Shown here: piece after piece, positions 1 to 9,985 of the stretch
Layout: each line of letters opens with the position of its first letter
Numbering within the stretch: position 1 is the first letter of the stretch
Assembly: GCA_965228735.1 (NCBI GenBank)
Contig: OZ245838.1
Location: forward strand, 3,264,001 to 3,328,000
Direction of reading: 5' to 3'
Length of the DNA: 64,000 nucleotides
Source: Planctomycetota bacterium
GTDB taxonomy: Bacteria > Planctomycetota > UBA1135 > UBA2386
Program-made: the position numbers and the translations under genes
The notes under the pieces: model-generated
What the model was told of the DNA's origin: nothing
Database searches by the model: none
The model's input: only the letters and a program-made list of their open reading frames with translations

Positions 1-116
1 CCGCCGCCGGCACCTGGGTCCGCCCGCTCACCCCCACCGCCCAGCGCGACGAAACCGATGACCGCGCCGACAGCGATCGCCGCCAGCGCCACGGCGATCG
101 CCTGCGAAGAACGCAT
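1..116 (-). CDS. 5' part of a membrane-anchored or secreted protein (runs off the window)
   Basis: ATG at 116 overlaps the TGA of the upstream gene (TGATG); translates MRSSQAIAVALAAIAVGAVIGFVALGGGG, a hydrophobic N-terminal segment; absent from the ORF track. Confidence 0.7.
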   Translation of the reverse strand, partial: MRSSQAIAVALAAIAVGAVIGFVALGGGGERADPGAGG

Positions 117-1195
117 CAGAAGAACGTCGTCTGCGTGTTGGTGAAGCGACCGACACCGGCCGCGTTCGCCACGAGCGCCTGGAAGCGCAGCTCGACCCCG
201 ACGAACGACGGGTTGATCGAACCCGGCGCGAACGCCTGCAGCTCCGCAGCACCGCCGTTCATCACGACGATGCCGAGCCCGATGTTGCCGGTGAGACTCA
301 GATGGAACTGGCCGAGGCCCGGCAGCCCGAGCGGCGGATCGTAGGTCAGCGCACCGGCATAGATCGCGACCCCGTTGGCCGCGGAGTTGTCGTGCGCGCG
401 CAGCGTGATGCCGTCCGACCGCGGCGCGCCGCTGATGTCGGGGAACAGCCCGCCGAGTCCGAGGTTGGACTGCGTCGTCGTCGCCCCCGTACCCTGCCGC
501 GAGTTGTTGGGATCGAAGCCGCCGACGTGCAGCGTCGGCGCGTCGACCATGACGCCCATGATCGTCGACCAGCCGTTGCTGAAGAAGTTGCCGCCCGTCT
601 GCACGGTCCAGTTCGCGTCCGGCGCACCCGCGCGCGGGTTCTCGCCGGGGCCGGCGGCGGTGACGGCCGCGGTGTCGGCGCGCCAGTACGAGTGCCCGTC
701 CGACGCCGGCCACGCCGGGTTGGCCGGGAAGTCGATGCCCATGAACCACGAATCGGTGCACGGCACCGCGACCGGCGTCGTGAACGTGTCGGTCATGATC
801 CACGACCCGCGGCCACCGGCGGCGTTCGTCGGCAGCGTCAGCGGCGAGACCCGCAGGATCTCACCCGCGGCCGTCGTGTCGATCATGCCGCCCGGATCCG
901 CGCTGCGCAGGATGATGCCGTAGGTCTCCGACGTCGACACGTTCTCGTCCGCGCCCCAGTGATAGAAACCCGTGACCTGACAGATCGTGTCCGTGCCGCC
1001 GACACCGCGGAACCACTCGGCGCCGACCTCCTGGTGGCCTTCGCCCTGGTTGTTCCAGTCCGGGCGTCCCACGAACGTGGCGCACGTGATCGTCTGACGT
1101 TCGGGATCCTGGGGGAAGAAGACGAACGGGTTGGTCTGGGCGACGACCATCGCGGTCGAGCCGAGCACTGCCGACAAGAGACAGGTGGTGTTCAT
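116..1195 (-). CDS. Secreted hypothetical protein with a shared C-terminal region
   Basis: Signal peptide ending VVA-Q; G/T/P-rich beta-type sequence; C-terminus VELRFQALV...FTNTQTTFF. Confidence 0.8.
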   Translation of the reverse strand: MNTTCLLSAVLGSTAMVVAQTNPFVFFPQDPERQTITCATFVGRPDWNNQGEGHQEVGAEWFRGVGGTDTICQVTGFYHWGADENVSTSETYGIILRSADPGGMIDTTAAGEILRVSPLTLPTNAAGGRGSWIMTDTFTTPVAVPCTDSWFMGIDFPANPAWPASDGHSYWRADTAAVTAAGPGENPRAGAPDANWTVQTGGNFFSNGWSTIMGVMVDAPTLHVGGFDPNNSRQGTGATTTQSNLGLGGLFPDISGAPRSDGITLRAHDNSAANGVAIYAGALTYDPPLGLPGLGQFHLSLTGNIGLGIVVMNGGAAELQAFAPGSINPSFVGVELRFQALVANAAGVGRFTNTQTTFF

Positions 1196-1454
1196 GGGGC
1201 GTCAGGATAGCGGCCACGGCAGCGGCCGAAACGGGGACCGAGCCGGATGGGAAAAGTGGGACGCCGATTTCGACCCGGGTGACCCGACGGCCGCGAATGC
1301 GCAACCGAAAAGCGACGCGCCCCGCCGCTTCGAAATGCGGTCCGCCGCAGCCCGGCACCGGAAGGCCTCCCCACGGTCCACGTTCCCCTCTAGACTCCCC
1401 CCGCGTCGCGGAACTCAAAGTCCGCCCCTACCAGAGAAACAGAGAAACCACAGC

Positions 1455-2708
1455 ATGCAACTCTCGCGACTTCTTCTTGCCTCAACCGCCACCCTCATCG
1501 CCACCGGCGCTGCCACAGCGCAAGCGAACTACGCCGAAGGCTTCGACAGCCAGGCCGGCGCCGACGTCCAGATCTGGAACGAGACCGACACCATCGTCAC
1601 GTTCGTCGACTACGGGAACATGACGGTCGGTGCGACCTCGTTCAACATCCCCGAGGCGCCGCGCCAGATCCCCGGTTCCGCGCCGACGCGCGGCGTCCTG
1701 ATGCAGTGCAACCTGACGCTCGGCTCGCGCGCCGGCGTCAACATCCTCGCGGGCGCGACCCCGATCACGTTCAGCGGGCGCTACCGCCTGTCGTACGACT
1801 GCTACATCAAGGTCGCCAACCCGGTCCCGAGCGGCGGCACGGAGCAGTGCCTGTTCGGCGTCGGCACGGACGGCAGCGACGGCACGACGACCAACCCGAT
1901 CGAGTCGCGCGGCAACCGCGGCACGGGTGCCCAGGGCGTCTACGGCTGGATCACGGGCGAGAACGGCTACTCGTTCGAGGACGCGTCGATCAACGAAGGC
2001 GCGACCAACCTCGAGCAGTACGGCGACCTGCAGCCCGGCGAAGACGTCTACTTCAACGAGGCGTTCAACCAGCCCGTCGCGGGCGGCACGAACAACGCGG
2101 CCGGCAACCAGTGGGTCCGCGTCGACGTCGACGTCGACGGCAACAACGTGCGCGTCTACTACAACGGCATCCTGTTCTTCGACGAAGCGGCGACGCTCGC
2201 GCCGACCGGCTTCGCGATGATCGGCTACGAGGATCCGTTCAACTCGATCAGCGCCTCGCCGGACGAGCAGTGGTGCATCGTCGACAACTTCCGCGTCGTC
2301 GATCCGACCGGCTGCGCGGCGGCCGGCGTGTCGGCCATCCAGGGCGCCGCCAGCGGTGCGACGGAGATCCTCAACGGTGGCGGTGAGCCGATCATCGGCC
2401 ACCCGTTCACCATCCGTCTGCGCGGCGGCACGAGCAGCGGCTTCGCGCTCCTCAACGCCGGCCTGCCGTCCCCGGTCACGATCCCGCTGCCGTTCGCCGG
2501 CTGCACGCTCAACACCGAGGTCGTCGGCACGTTCTTCAACCTGCTGATCGGCACGGACGCGCTCGGCAACGGCGAGTTCACGATCAACGTCCCGCTCGAC
2601 ACCAACTTCTGCGGCGCCGCGTTCGGCTTCCAGTTCTACTCGACGAGCGCCGCCACGCCGTGCGGCGTCGAGCACTCGGCCGGCCTGTCGATGACGATCG
2701 GCTCCTGA
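1455..2708 (+). CDS. Secreted protein, possible lectin/LamG-like beta-sandwich plus shared C-terminal region
   Basis: MQLSRLLLASTATLIATGAATA-Q signal peptide; NQWVRVDVDVDGNNVRVYYNG and IVDNFRV resemble concanavalin-like strands. Confidence 0.8.
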   Translation: MQLSRLLLASTATLIATGAATAQANYAEGFDSQAGADVQIWNETDTIVTFVDYGNMTVGATSFNIPEAPRQIPGSAPTRGVLMQCNLTLGSRAGVNILAGATPITFSGRYRLSYDCYIKVANPVPSGGTEQCLFGVGTDGSDGTTTNPIESRGNRGTGAQGVYGWITGENGYSFEDASINEGATNLEQYGDLQPGEDVYFNEAFNQPVAGGTNNAAGNQWVRVDVDVDGNNVRVYYNGILFFDEAATLAPTGFAMIGYEDPFNSISASPDEQWCIVDNFRVVDPTGCAAAGVSAIQGAASGATEILNGGGEPIIGHPFTIRLRGGTSSGFALLNAGLPSPVTIPLPFAGCTLNTEVVGTFFNLLIGTDALGNGEFTINVPLDTNFCGAAFGFQFYSTSAATPCGVEHSAGLSMTIGS

Positions 2709-2750
2709 TCGAACCGACAAGCGCGACGACCCGCTGGTCGTCGCAGCTCG

Positions 2751-2788
2751 CGGGGGCGGGTGACGCACGGCGTCGCCCGCCCCCGTTT
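2751..2788 (+). terminator. GC-rich hairpin, probable intrinsic terminator
   Basis: cgggggcgggtgacgc-acg-gcgtcgcccgcccccg (16-bp stem with one G-U pair) followed by ttt, about 40 nt after the stop at 2708. Confidence 0.55.
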
Positions 2789-2904
2789 GCGTTGGGGGCC
2801 GATGGCCAGCCCACGACGACGGTGCCTTGGCTACAATGGGCAGCCGGCGCAGCGACAGGGAAGGTCGCGCGCAACCCCACCACCGATTCGAAGGAGAGAC
2901 TCCG

Positions 2905-4164
2905 ATGGCATTCGAAGGTACGACCCTGCAGGCCCCGCTCGTGAGCGTCGTCGACGGCGACACGATCAAGGTGCAACTGCCGAGCGGCGAAGAGAACATC
3001 CGCATCCTCGCGCTCGACACCGAGGAGAAGCCCGGCAGCGGCGGCTCCAAACCGAAGACGCCGTTCGGCGAGGCCGCGACCCAACGCGCCGCGCAGTTCT
3101 TCGACGGCGCGACCGACGTCACGCTCGAACTGCCAGGCACCGAACCCGTCGACGAGGCGCTCGCGAAGTACCGCGGCAACTTCGGGCGCGTGCTCGCGTT
3201 CGTCTACCGCGGCAACCAGGACTTCCAGGAGACGATGATCGAGGAGGGGTTCAGCCCCTACTTCACCAAGTACGGCAACGCGCAGTTTTCGAGCAACCAT
3301 CAACGCTACCGGCAGGCCGAACGCGCGGCGCAGATGACGCATGCCGGCGTGTGGAACCAGGAGCTCGTCAACGGCTCCGAGCGCCGCAACTACGCGGTGC
3401 TGTCGACGTGGTGGAACCTGCGTGCGGAGATCATCGATCGCTACCGCGCACTCAAACAAGCGGGCCGGCCGATCCTCAACACGCGCCTCGACTACGACAC
3501 GATCGCGACCAAGGCGGCGCAGGGCGCGACCGTCACGGTCTTCACCGAGGTGAGCCGCGTCACGACGATCAACAACGACGCGGTCGGCTTCGCCGACATC
3601 GGTTCGCAGGCCCAGCCGTTCACGCTGTTCCTCCCGGGCCTCGCCGCGAACGCGGGCCGGCAGGTTCTCGACCTGCTGCGCCATCGCTACGTCAGCACGG
3701 GCAGTGACAGCGACCACCCGCGCCGGAGCTACCTCTACGTGACGGGCGCGCTCAGCCAGCACCAGGGCGAGCCGCAGATGGTCGTGACATCCGTCGATCA
3801 GATCACGGACGAGTTCCCCGGCCCGGTCATCCAGCCGACGCCACCGACCGGCAGCGTGCGCATCGTCGCGCTGCTGCCGAACCCCGTGGGCCAGGATGCG
3901 GGCAGCGAAACGGTGACGCTGCGCAACGACTCCGGCAACGTCGTCGATCTGACCAACTGGACGCTGCGCGACCGCAGCGGCAACGCGATGCCGCTCGGCG
4001 GCTCGATCGCGCCGGGCGCCACCCTCGAGATCACGGCCGCCAACCGACTGTCGCTCAACAACGACGGCGACGAGATCGCGCTGCTCGACGGCCAGAGCGC
4101 CGAACGCAGCAAGGTCGACTACGACGGCTCGGAGGTGCAGTCCGGACAACCGCTGTTCTTCTGA
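2905..4164 (+). CDS. Thermonuclease (SNase) family nuclease with C-terminal lamin-tail domain
   Basis: VVDGDTI, IRILALDTEE and FGRVLAFVY SNase motifs; C-terminal LLPNPVGQDAGSETVTLRN...VDLTNWTLRD...LNNDGDEI LTD pattern; AAGGAG RBS at 2891. Confidence 0.85.
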   Translation: MAFEGTTLQAPLVSVVDGDTIKVQLPSGEENIRILALDTEEKPGSGGSKPKTPFGEAATQRAAQFFDGATDVTLELPGTEPVDEALAKYRGNFGRVLAFVYRGNQDFQETMIEEGFSPYFTKYGNAQFSSNHQRYRQAERAAQMTHAGVWNQELVNGSERRNYAVLSTWWNLRAEIIDRYRALKQAGRPILNTRLDYDTIATKAAQGATVTVFTEVSRVTTINNDAVGFADIGSQAQPFTLFLPGLAANAGRQVLDLLRHRYVSTGSDSDHPRRSYLYVTGALSQHQGEPQMVVTSVDQITDEFPGPVIQPTPPTGSVRIVALLPNPVGQDAGSETVTLRNDSGNVVDLTNWTLRDRSGNAMPLGGSIAPGATLEITAANRLSLNNDGDEIALLDGQSAERSKVDYDGSEVQSGQPLFF

Positions 4165-4198
4165 CGGGTGGCCCGGGAGGAGGCGGCGCGCTTCAATC

Positions 4199-5491
4199 GT
4201 GACCCTGATGCCGCGCCTCCTCGCCGCCCTGCTGCTGTTCTTCACCGCCGCTCCCGGGCAGGCGACGCCGACAACCGGGCGTCCGCCCAACGTCCTCCTC
4301 ATCATCTCCGACGACCAGGCGTGGACCGACTTCGGGTTCATGGAGCATCCGGTGATCGCGACGCCGCATCTCGACGCGTTGGCGGCAAGGAGTGCTGCGT
4401 TCGAGCACGGCTACGTGCCGACGAGCCTCTGCCGGCCGAGCCTCGCGACCATGATCACGGGGCTCTATCCGCACGAGCACCAGATCACGGGCAACGACCC
4501 GCCGAAGGGCACGCCGCGCGAGCGCATGCTGCGGCACATCGAGGCGGCGCAGACGCTGCCCGAACTGCTCGCACAGCGCGGCTACCGCAGCCTGCAGACG
4601 GGCAAGTGGTGGGAAGGCAACTGCACGTGCGGCGGCTTCACGGCCGGCATGACGCACGGTGACCCGAAGCGCGGCGGCCGCCACGGCGACGTCGGGCTTC
4701 GGATCGGCCGCGAGACGATGCAGCCGATCCGGGACTTCCTCGCCGAGTGCGACGAGGCGGAAGCACCGTTCTTTCTCTGGTATGCCCCGTTCCTGCCGCA
4801 CACGCCGCACAACCCGCCCGAAAGGCTGCTGAAGAAGTACCGCAGCGATGGCCGCAGCATCCCCGTCGCCAAGTACTTCGCGATGTGCGAGTGGTTCGAC
4901 GAGACGTGCGGGCAGCTGCTCGCGATGCTCGACGAGCACGGGATGACGAACGACACGCTCGTGCTCTTCGTCGTCGACAACGGCTGGATCCAGCGCGAGA
5001 ACGGCCGCTCCTTCGCACCGCGGAGCAAGCGGTCGCCGTACGAGGGCGGCATCCGCACGCCGATCCTCGTGTCGTGGCCGGGGCGGGTCGAACCCGGTCG
5101 CCGTGACGCACTCGCGAGCAGCGTCGACCTCGCCCCGACCGTACTGGCGGCGTGCGGCGTCGAGCGACCCGGCGCGATGACGGGTCAGGACCTGCTCGCG
5201 GTATGCCGTGGCGACGTCGAAGCGCGGGACGCGGCGTTCGGCGCGACGTTCACGCACGACGTCGTCGAGGTCGGGGTCCCCGCGAGGAGCCTGCGCCACC
5301 GTTGGATCGTCCACGACGGCTGGAAGCTCATCGTCGCGAAGGACGCTGCAGGCGGTTCTGGCGAGTTGTTTCACCTGGCCGCGGATCCGCACGAGACGAA
5401 GGACCTCGCTAGTGCGAACCCGGATAGGGTCACCGCGCTGCGCCGGCGACTCGATGCCTGGTGGAACGGCCAACCCGACGCGCCGAAGTAG
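4199..5491 (+). CDS. Sulfatase (formylglycine-dependent, S1)
   Basis: PNVLLIISDDQ, TPHLD, SLCRPSLATMITG, GKW, PHTP, DNG, YEGGIRTP; signal peptide. Confidence 0.92.
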   Translation: MTLMPRLLAALLLFFTAAPGQATPTTGRPPNVLLIISDDQAWTDFGFMEHPVIATPHLDALAARSAAFEHGYVPTSLCRPSLATMITGLYPHEHQITGNDPPKGTPRERMLRHIEAAQTLPELLAQRGYRSLQTGKWWEGNCTCGGFTAGMTHGDPKRGGRHGDVGLRIGRETMQPIRDFLAECDEAEAPFFLWYAPFLPHTPHNPPERLLKKYRSDGRSIPVAKYFAMCEWFDETCGQLLAMLDEHGMTNDTLVLFVVDNGWIQRENGRSFAPRSKRSPYEGGIRTPILVSWPGRVEPGRRDALASSVDLAPTVLAACGVERPGAMTGQDLLAVCRGDVEARDAAFGATFTHDVVEVGVPARSLRHRWIVHDGWKLIVAKDAAGGSGELFHLAADPHETKDLASANPDRVTALRRRLDAWWNGQPDAPK

Positions 5492-5529
5492 CCGCCGCCG
5501 CGAAACGCCACCGCAACCGCCCCTGATCC

Positions 5530-6234
5530 ATGAACGCCAACCGTCTTGCTGCCGCCTCGTTGCTCCTGCTCGTCATTCCGACCGGATGCGGCAGCAAGCC
5601 GATGGCCGTTGCCGCCGCCGCCGCGACGCTGCCGGATCCCGTCGCTGGACCGCTTCCCGAGATCGGCACGTACCGGTTGCGATGGATCCAGGACCACGTG
5701 CACCCCGTGACCGCGGACGTGCCCGGCATCCGCATGGGTGCCGGCCTGCTGCCACGACGCGCCTGGGTGCAGGTCGACTATCAGGGTCAGAAGACCCGCG
5801 CGGAACTCGTCGTCCGCAACACGGTCGACGGCGAAGCAGGCGAACCGATCGTCATCTACGACGAACCGTTCGGCGCCGCCGACCTCGAGATCCGCGGCAA
5901 CAACGCGCGCTACTTCGACGGCGAACCGTTGAGCCGCCCGCAGCAGACGTTCGTGATCGACGTCTTCGCGCTCTCGGGCGACCGGCCCAACGCGTTCGCG
6001 AGCATCATGACGTTCGACTCCGAGCGCCGTGACTTCCACCGCGCGGAGAAGGCCGAGTTCTACGCTGCGCCATGGGACAGCAGCTATCGCGACACCTCGT
6101 CCAGGTTCGGCGACGGTATGCCTGAGTGGAACAAGGTCCCCGGGCCGTCGGAGTTCTCGGACAACGACACGACGTCGCTGTTCTACTTCGGGAACAAGCG
6201 CACGCTCACCGAGATCCAGCTGCGCTTCCGGTAG
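5530..6234 (+). CDS. Hypothetical (lipo)protein
   Basis: Hydrophobic N-terminus with PTG-C lipobox-like site; coding-like composition. Confidence 0.7.
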   Translation: MNANRLAAASLLLLVIPTGCGSKPMAVAAAAATLPDPVAGPLPEIGTYRLRWIQDHVHPVTADVPGIRMGAGLLPRRAWVQVDYQGQKTRAELVVRNTVDGEAGEPIVIYDEPFGAADLEIRGNNARYFDGEPLSRPQQTFVIDVFALSGDRPNAFASIMTFDSERRDFHRAEKAEFYAAPWDSSYRDTSSRFGDGMPEWNKVPGPSEFSDNDTTSLFYFGNKRTLTEIQLRFR

Positions 6235-6238
6235 CCGC

Positions 6239-6450
6239 CTACGGCAGCAGCAGCTCGCGCAGCGCGTCGCCGAGCCCGGCGTCCCACAGCGCGCGGGCAC
6301 CGGCCCGCATGGCCTCCGCGTCGCCGGAGGCATCCGCGATGACGACACTGGCCAACGGATCGGCGCGCCAATTGGCGACGATCGCGGAGCGCAGTTCATC
6401 TGCGTGCGGCAGGAGCGCCGCGATCGCGGCGACGAACGACCTGGTCGTTC
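6239..6450 (-). pseudogene. Possible C-terminal gene remnant
   Basis: Minus frame reads FVAAIAALLPHADELRSAIVANWRADPLAS...ALWDAGLGDALRELLLP* with GC3-rich codons, but no convincing start for the full segment. Confidence 0.3.
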
Positions 6451-6467
6451 GGGCCCGAGAAAGACCG

Positions 6468-7538
6468 TCAGCGGCGCTTGCCGAGTTCCCAGATCCGCAC
6501 CGTCCCGTCCATCGAACCGGTGAACAGCCGCGGCGCGGTCGGGTGGAAGCGCACTTCCATCACGAGGCCGTCGTGGCCGGTCAGCCGTTCGCGCTCGCGC
6601 CCGCGCTTGCTCTCGAGCAGGCGCACGACGTTGCCGACGTCAGCGACCGCGACGCGCTTGCCGTCGGGTGACACGTCGAAGGTCACGATCTCGGCCGGGT
6701 TGTCGTGCTTCAGCGTGGGGCGCGAGCGGCCGGGGCGGTAGGCGCGCAACGACTGCTTGCCGATCAAGGCGAACAGACGGCCCGCGGCCGCGGACCAGAC
6801 GATGCGCTGCACCTGCTCACCCGCCTCGATCGTCGACTCTGGCTCGGGCGGATCCGCGTCGGCCTTGCCGTCGATCAGGACGTCACGCGCGAACGCGCGG
6901 ATCATCCCGTCGACCCCGCCGGACCACAGCTGCCCTTCGGAATCCACGGTCAACGTCGTCACGGCCTTGTCGTGCGCCGCGAACCGCCGCCGCAGAACGC
7001 CAGCGCGGTCTCCTTCCGCGGCCGAACGATCGATCGCGTGCACCGCGATCGAACCGTCGGCGTAGGCCCCGGCGATCTCGGTGGGCGACACCCAGCACAG
7101 ATCCATGAGGCCAGCGGCGGCGCCGGCGAGCCGCCAACCGTCGGTCGGGCGCGCGGGGTCGAGCACCAACACGTCGTCGCGTTGGTTGCTCGGCACGAAC
7201 GCTACGAGGCCGTTCGCCGTCGCGCCTTCGACCGCTGGCGCGTAGCAGAGCTCGCCCGCGAACGTCCGCACCACGGCTCGCTGCTGCCCGCTCGTCGCGT
7301 CGAGCACGCGCAGCGCCATGTCGCCGTCCGCGACCGCCACGACGCCACCGCCGGGCGCGACGTCGAGCGCGTCGACACCGTCCGTGAAGCCGCGCAGCAC
7401 CGTGACCTTGCGGCCGTCGAGCTCGAGTACTTCCCGCTCTGGCGGCTGCTGCGCCCGGATCGATGTCACGGAAAGCGCGGGTGCGAGCACGACGAGCAGA
7501 AGGGCAAGAAACGTTTGGTGCAGCGAGGGTCGGTTCAC
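6468..7538 (-). CDS. Secreted WD40-repeat beta-propeller protein
   Basis: AHDKAVTTL...SGGVDGMIRAF and GHDGLVMEVRFHP...TGSMDGTVRIWE repeats; signal peptide. Confidence 0.88.
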   Translation of the reverse strand: MNRPSLHQTFLALLLVVLAPALSVTSIRAQQPPEREVLELDGRKVTVLRGFTDGVDALDVAPGGGVVAVADGDMALRVLDATSGQQRAVVRTFAGELCYAPAVEGATANGLVAFVPSNQRDDVLVLDPARPTDGWRLAGAAAGLMDLCWVSPTEIAGAYADGSIAVHAIDRSAAEGDRAGVLRRRFAAHDKAVTTLTVDSEGQLWSGGVDGMIRAFARDVLIDGKADADPPEPESTIEAGEQVQRIVWSAAAGRLFALIGKQSLRAYRPGRSRPTLKHDNPAEIVTFDVSPDGKRVAVADVGNVVRLLESKRGRERERLTGHDGLVMEVRFHPTAPRLFTGSMDGTVRIWELGKRR

Positions 7539-7650
7539 GGTGGGGTCCAGGGTTCGGAGCGGCCGCGGGGGTCAGAGCGGCCGGACGTCGACGCGGTCGA
7601 GTCGCCACGACGCGGCGACCGGACTCACGATTCCCGCGAATCCGCGACGC

Positions 7651-8301
7651 TCACGCCAACCCGAGTCGCGCAGCGAGGAACGCGCGGATCGCCGGGAACT
7701 CGCCGACGGGATCGATCGTGTGCCCCTTCTCGTAGCTCGCGAAGCGCACCGGAAAACCGCCGGCCGCGAGCGCCTGCATCTGCGTCGCCGTCGTCCGATA
7801 CGGCAGCACCTCGTCGTGCGTGCCGTGCGTGACGAACCAGCGGCCCGGGTCGTTCGCCCGGTTGCGTTCGGCGAGCAGCGCGGGGGCATCGAGGCAGTAG
7901 CCCGAGATCCCGACGTAGCCCGCGAGCACGCAGGAACTGCGCAGCCCCCACTCCAGCGTCATGAGGCAACCCTGCGAAAACCCGAGCAACGCGATGTCCG
8001 CCGGCGCGTGGCCGTGCTCGACGAGCTCGGCGAACAGTCGATCGAGCAACCCGCGCGAACGCGCGACGCCGGCGGCCTGGTTCGGCGGCAGGTCGTACCA
8101 GCTGCGTCCGGGCGGCCACGGGTCGGGCGCGTTCACGAGCAGATGGTCGAGCCCCTCGAACTGCAGCGCCTCGGGCAGCCAATGGAAGCCAGCCGAGCTG
8201 TCGCCGCGACCGTGCAGCACGACGAGCAGCTTGCCGGCCGGCGCACGGGAGGGGAACCACTCCGTGTCGAGCGCGGTGACGGCAGGCCGAGGGGTCGTCA
8301 T
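7651..8301 (-). CDS. Phospholipase/carboxylesterase (alpha/beta hydrolase)
   Basis: VLHGRG, GFSQG nucleophile elbow, HGTHDEVLP, GH catalytic His. Confidence 0.92.
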   Translation of the reverse strand: MTTPRPAVTALDTEWFPSRAPAGKLLVVLHGRGDSSAGFHWLPEALQFEGLDHLLVNAPDPWPPGRSWYDLPPNQAAGVARSRGLLDRLFAELVEHGHAPADIALLGFSQGCLMTLEWGLRSSCVLAGYVGISGYCLDAPALLAERNRANDPGRWFVTHGTHDEVLPYRTTATQMQALAAGGFPVRFASYEKGHTIDPVGEFPAIRAFLAARLGLA

Positions 8302-8386
8302 GCCGCCACCTTGCCATCGTCCCGGGGAGAATCCAGAAAGCGTCATCACCACCGGGCGCGCGACCGCGCGAGTTAGGATGCCGACC

Positions 8387-9823
8387 ATGCGGACCATCCT
8401 GCTCACCGCGCTCGCCCTGCCGGTTGCCCTGCCGCCCGCCGCGCTTCCGGCTCAGGACAGGGACACCCTCGAACGCGCCGACGGCTATCGCGGCATCTGG
8501 TACTCGAACCAGCCGTCGAAGGACGAGTACCGCTACAAGTACTCGGGCGGCCTCGGCACCTACTGCGCGAAGCACCGCCCGTTCGCCGTCTACTGCGAGG
8601 AGGTCGACAAGACGTTCTTCTGCTACGGCGGCGCGCCCGCCGACGACCCGCGCCGGTTGCTGCACATGGTGTCGTTCTTCGATCACGCGACCGGCACCGT
8701 GCCGCGACCCGTCGTGCTGCTCGACAAGCAGACCGGCGACGCGCACGACAACCCGGTGATCGCGGTCGACGACGCCGGGCACGTCTGGATCTTCTCGACG
8801 TCGCACGGGCGCGCGCGGCCGTCGTTCGTGCACAAGAGCGTGCAGCCGTGGTCGATCGCCGCGTTCGACCGCATCGACGCGACCTACGAGACCGACGCCG
8901 GCGAACGCGCAGCGCTCGACAACTTCTCGTACTTCCAGGTGCGACACGTCGCGGGCCGCGGGTTCGTCGCGTTCTTCACGCGCTACGGCGACCCGGCCAA
9001 GCGTACGAGCATGTTCATGACGAGCCGCGACGGCGTGCGCTGGTCCCGGCGGCAGCGCCTCGCGGCGATCGAGGCGGGGCACTACCAGATCAGCGAGGTC
9101 ACGGCGCAGAAGGCCGCGACGATGTTCAACTACCACCCCGCGAAGAAGGGCCTCAACTGGCGAACCAACCTCTACTACCTCGAGACGGTCGACCACGGTG
9201 AGAGCTGGCAGAACGCAGCCGGAGAACGGATCCCCGTGCCGCTCACCCGACCGGAATCGGCCGCGCTCGTGCACGACTACGCCGCGGATGGCCGGCTCGT
9301 CTACCTCAAGGACCTGCGGTTCGATTCCCGCGGCCACCCGATCCTCGTCTACATCACGAGCCGCGGTTATCGCGCCGGCCCGGACTCGGGCCCGCGCACG
9401 TGGACGACGGCACGGTGGACGGGTGAGCGGTGGTCGATCCACCCGATCACCGAGTCCGACAACAACTACGACATGGGGTCACTCGCGCTGTTGAGCGATA
9501 CGCACTGGCAGCTCGTGGCGCCGACGGAGCCCGGGCCGCAGCGCTTCAACCCCGGCGGCGAGGTCGCGGCCTGGGAGACCGAGGACGCGGGCGCCACCTG
9601 GCGGAAGCGCGCCGTTCTGACGTCGGGCAGCGACCACAACCACACCTACGTGCGACGACCGGTGCGCGCGCACGACGACTTCTGGATGCTCTGGGCCGAC
9701 GGTCACGGGCGGCAGCCCTCGCAGTCGCGACTGCTGTTCTGCGACCGCACGGGCGCGACGTTCGTTCTGCCGGAGACGATGGCCGACGACTCGGTCAAAC
9801 CAACGGCAGCAAGAGCCCGCTAG
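8387..9823 (+). CDS. Secreted BNR-4-type beta-propeller (glycoside hydrolase/lyase-like)
   Basis: Signal peptide; DAHDNPVIAVDDAGHVWIF; Asp-box-like SRDGVRW, TVDHGESW, TEDAGATW; alternative start at 8378. Confidence 0.8.
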   Translation: MRTILLTALALPVALPPAALPAQDRDTLERADGYRGIWYSNQPSKDEYRYKYSGGLGTYCAKHRPFAVYCEEVDKTFFCYGGAPADDPRRLLHMVSFFDHATGTVPRPVVLLDKQTGDAHDNPVIAVDDAGHVWIFSTSHGRARPSFVHKSVQPWSIAAFDRIDATYETDAGERAALDNFSYFQVRHVAGRGFVAFFTRYGDPAKRTSMFMTSRDGVRWSRRQRLAAIEAGHYQISEVTAQKAATMFNYHPAKKGLNWRTNLYYLETVDHGESWQNAAGERIPVPLTRPESAALVHDYAADGRLVYLKDLRFDSRGHPILVYITSRGYRAGPDSGPRTWTTARWTGERWSIHPITESDNNYDMGSLALLSDTHWQLVAPTEPGPQRFNPGGEVAAWETEDAGATWRKRAVLTSGSDHNHTYVRRPVRAHDDFWMLWADGHGRQPSQSRLLFCDRTGATFVLPETMADDSVKPTAARAR

Positions 9824-9985
9824 TGCGGTGTGTCCGAAGTTCGCATCGAAAGTCCGCGCCCCTGGACGCCGTCCGCGGCGTTGCGCCTCCTCGCCATATC
9901 CACCGATATCCCTGCGTCGCCGCGCCTTGCGGACGACGCCCAGGAACGCGGACTTCTGATCCGAACTTCGGACACACCGCACTAG
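9820..9985. mobile_element. MITE-like palindromic element, 166 bp, bounded by CTAG
   Basis: Perfect terminal IR ctagtgcggtgtgtccgaagttcg / cgaacttcggacacaccgcactag plus inner complementary arms; no transposase. Confidence 0.75.

Noticed and set aside
4424..4450. Sulfatase motif CRPSL instead of CxPxR as a sign of inactivation
   Set aside because: To my knowledge this variant is common in PVC sulfatases, and all other motifs are intact.
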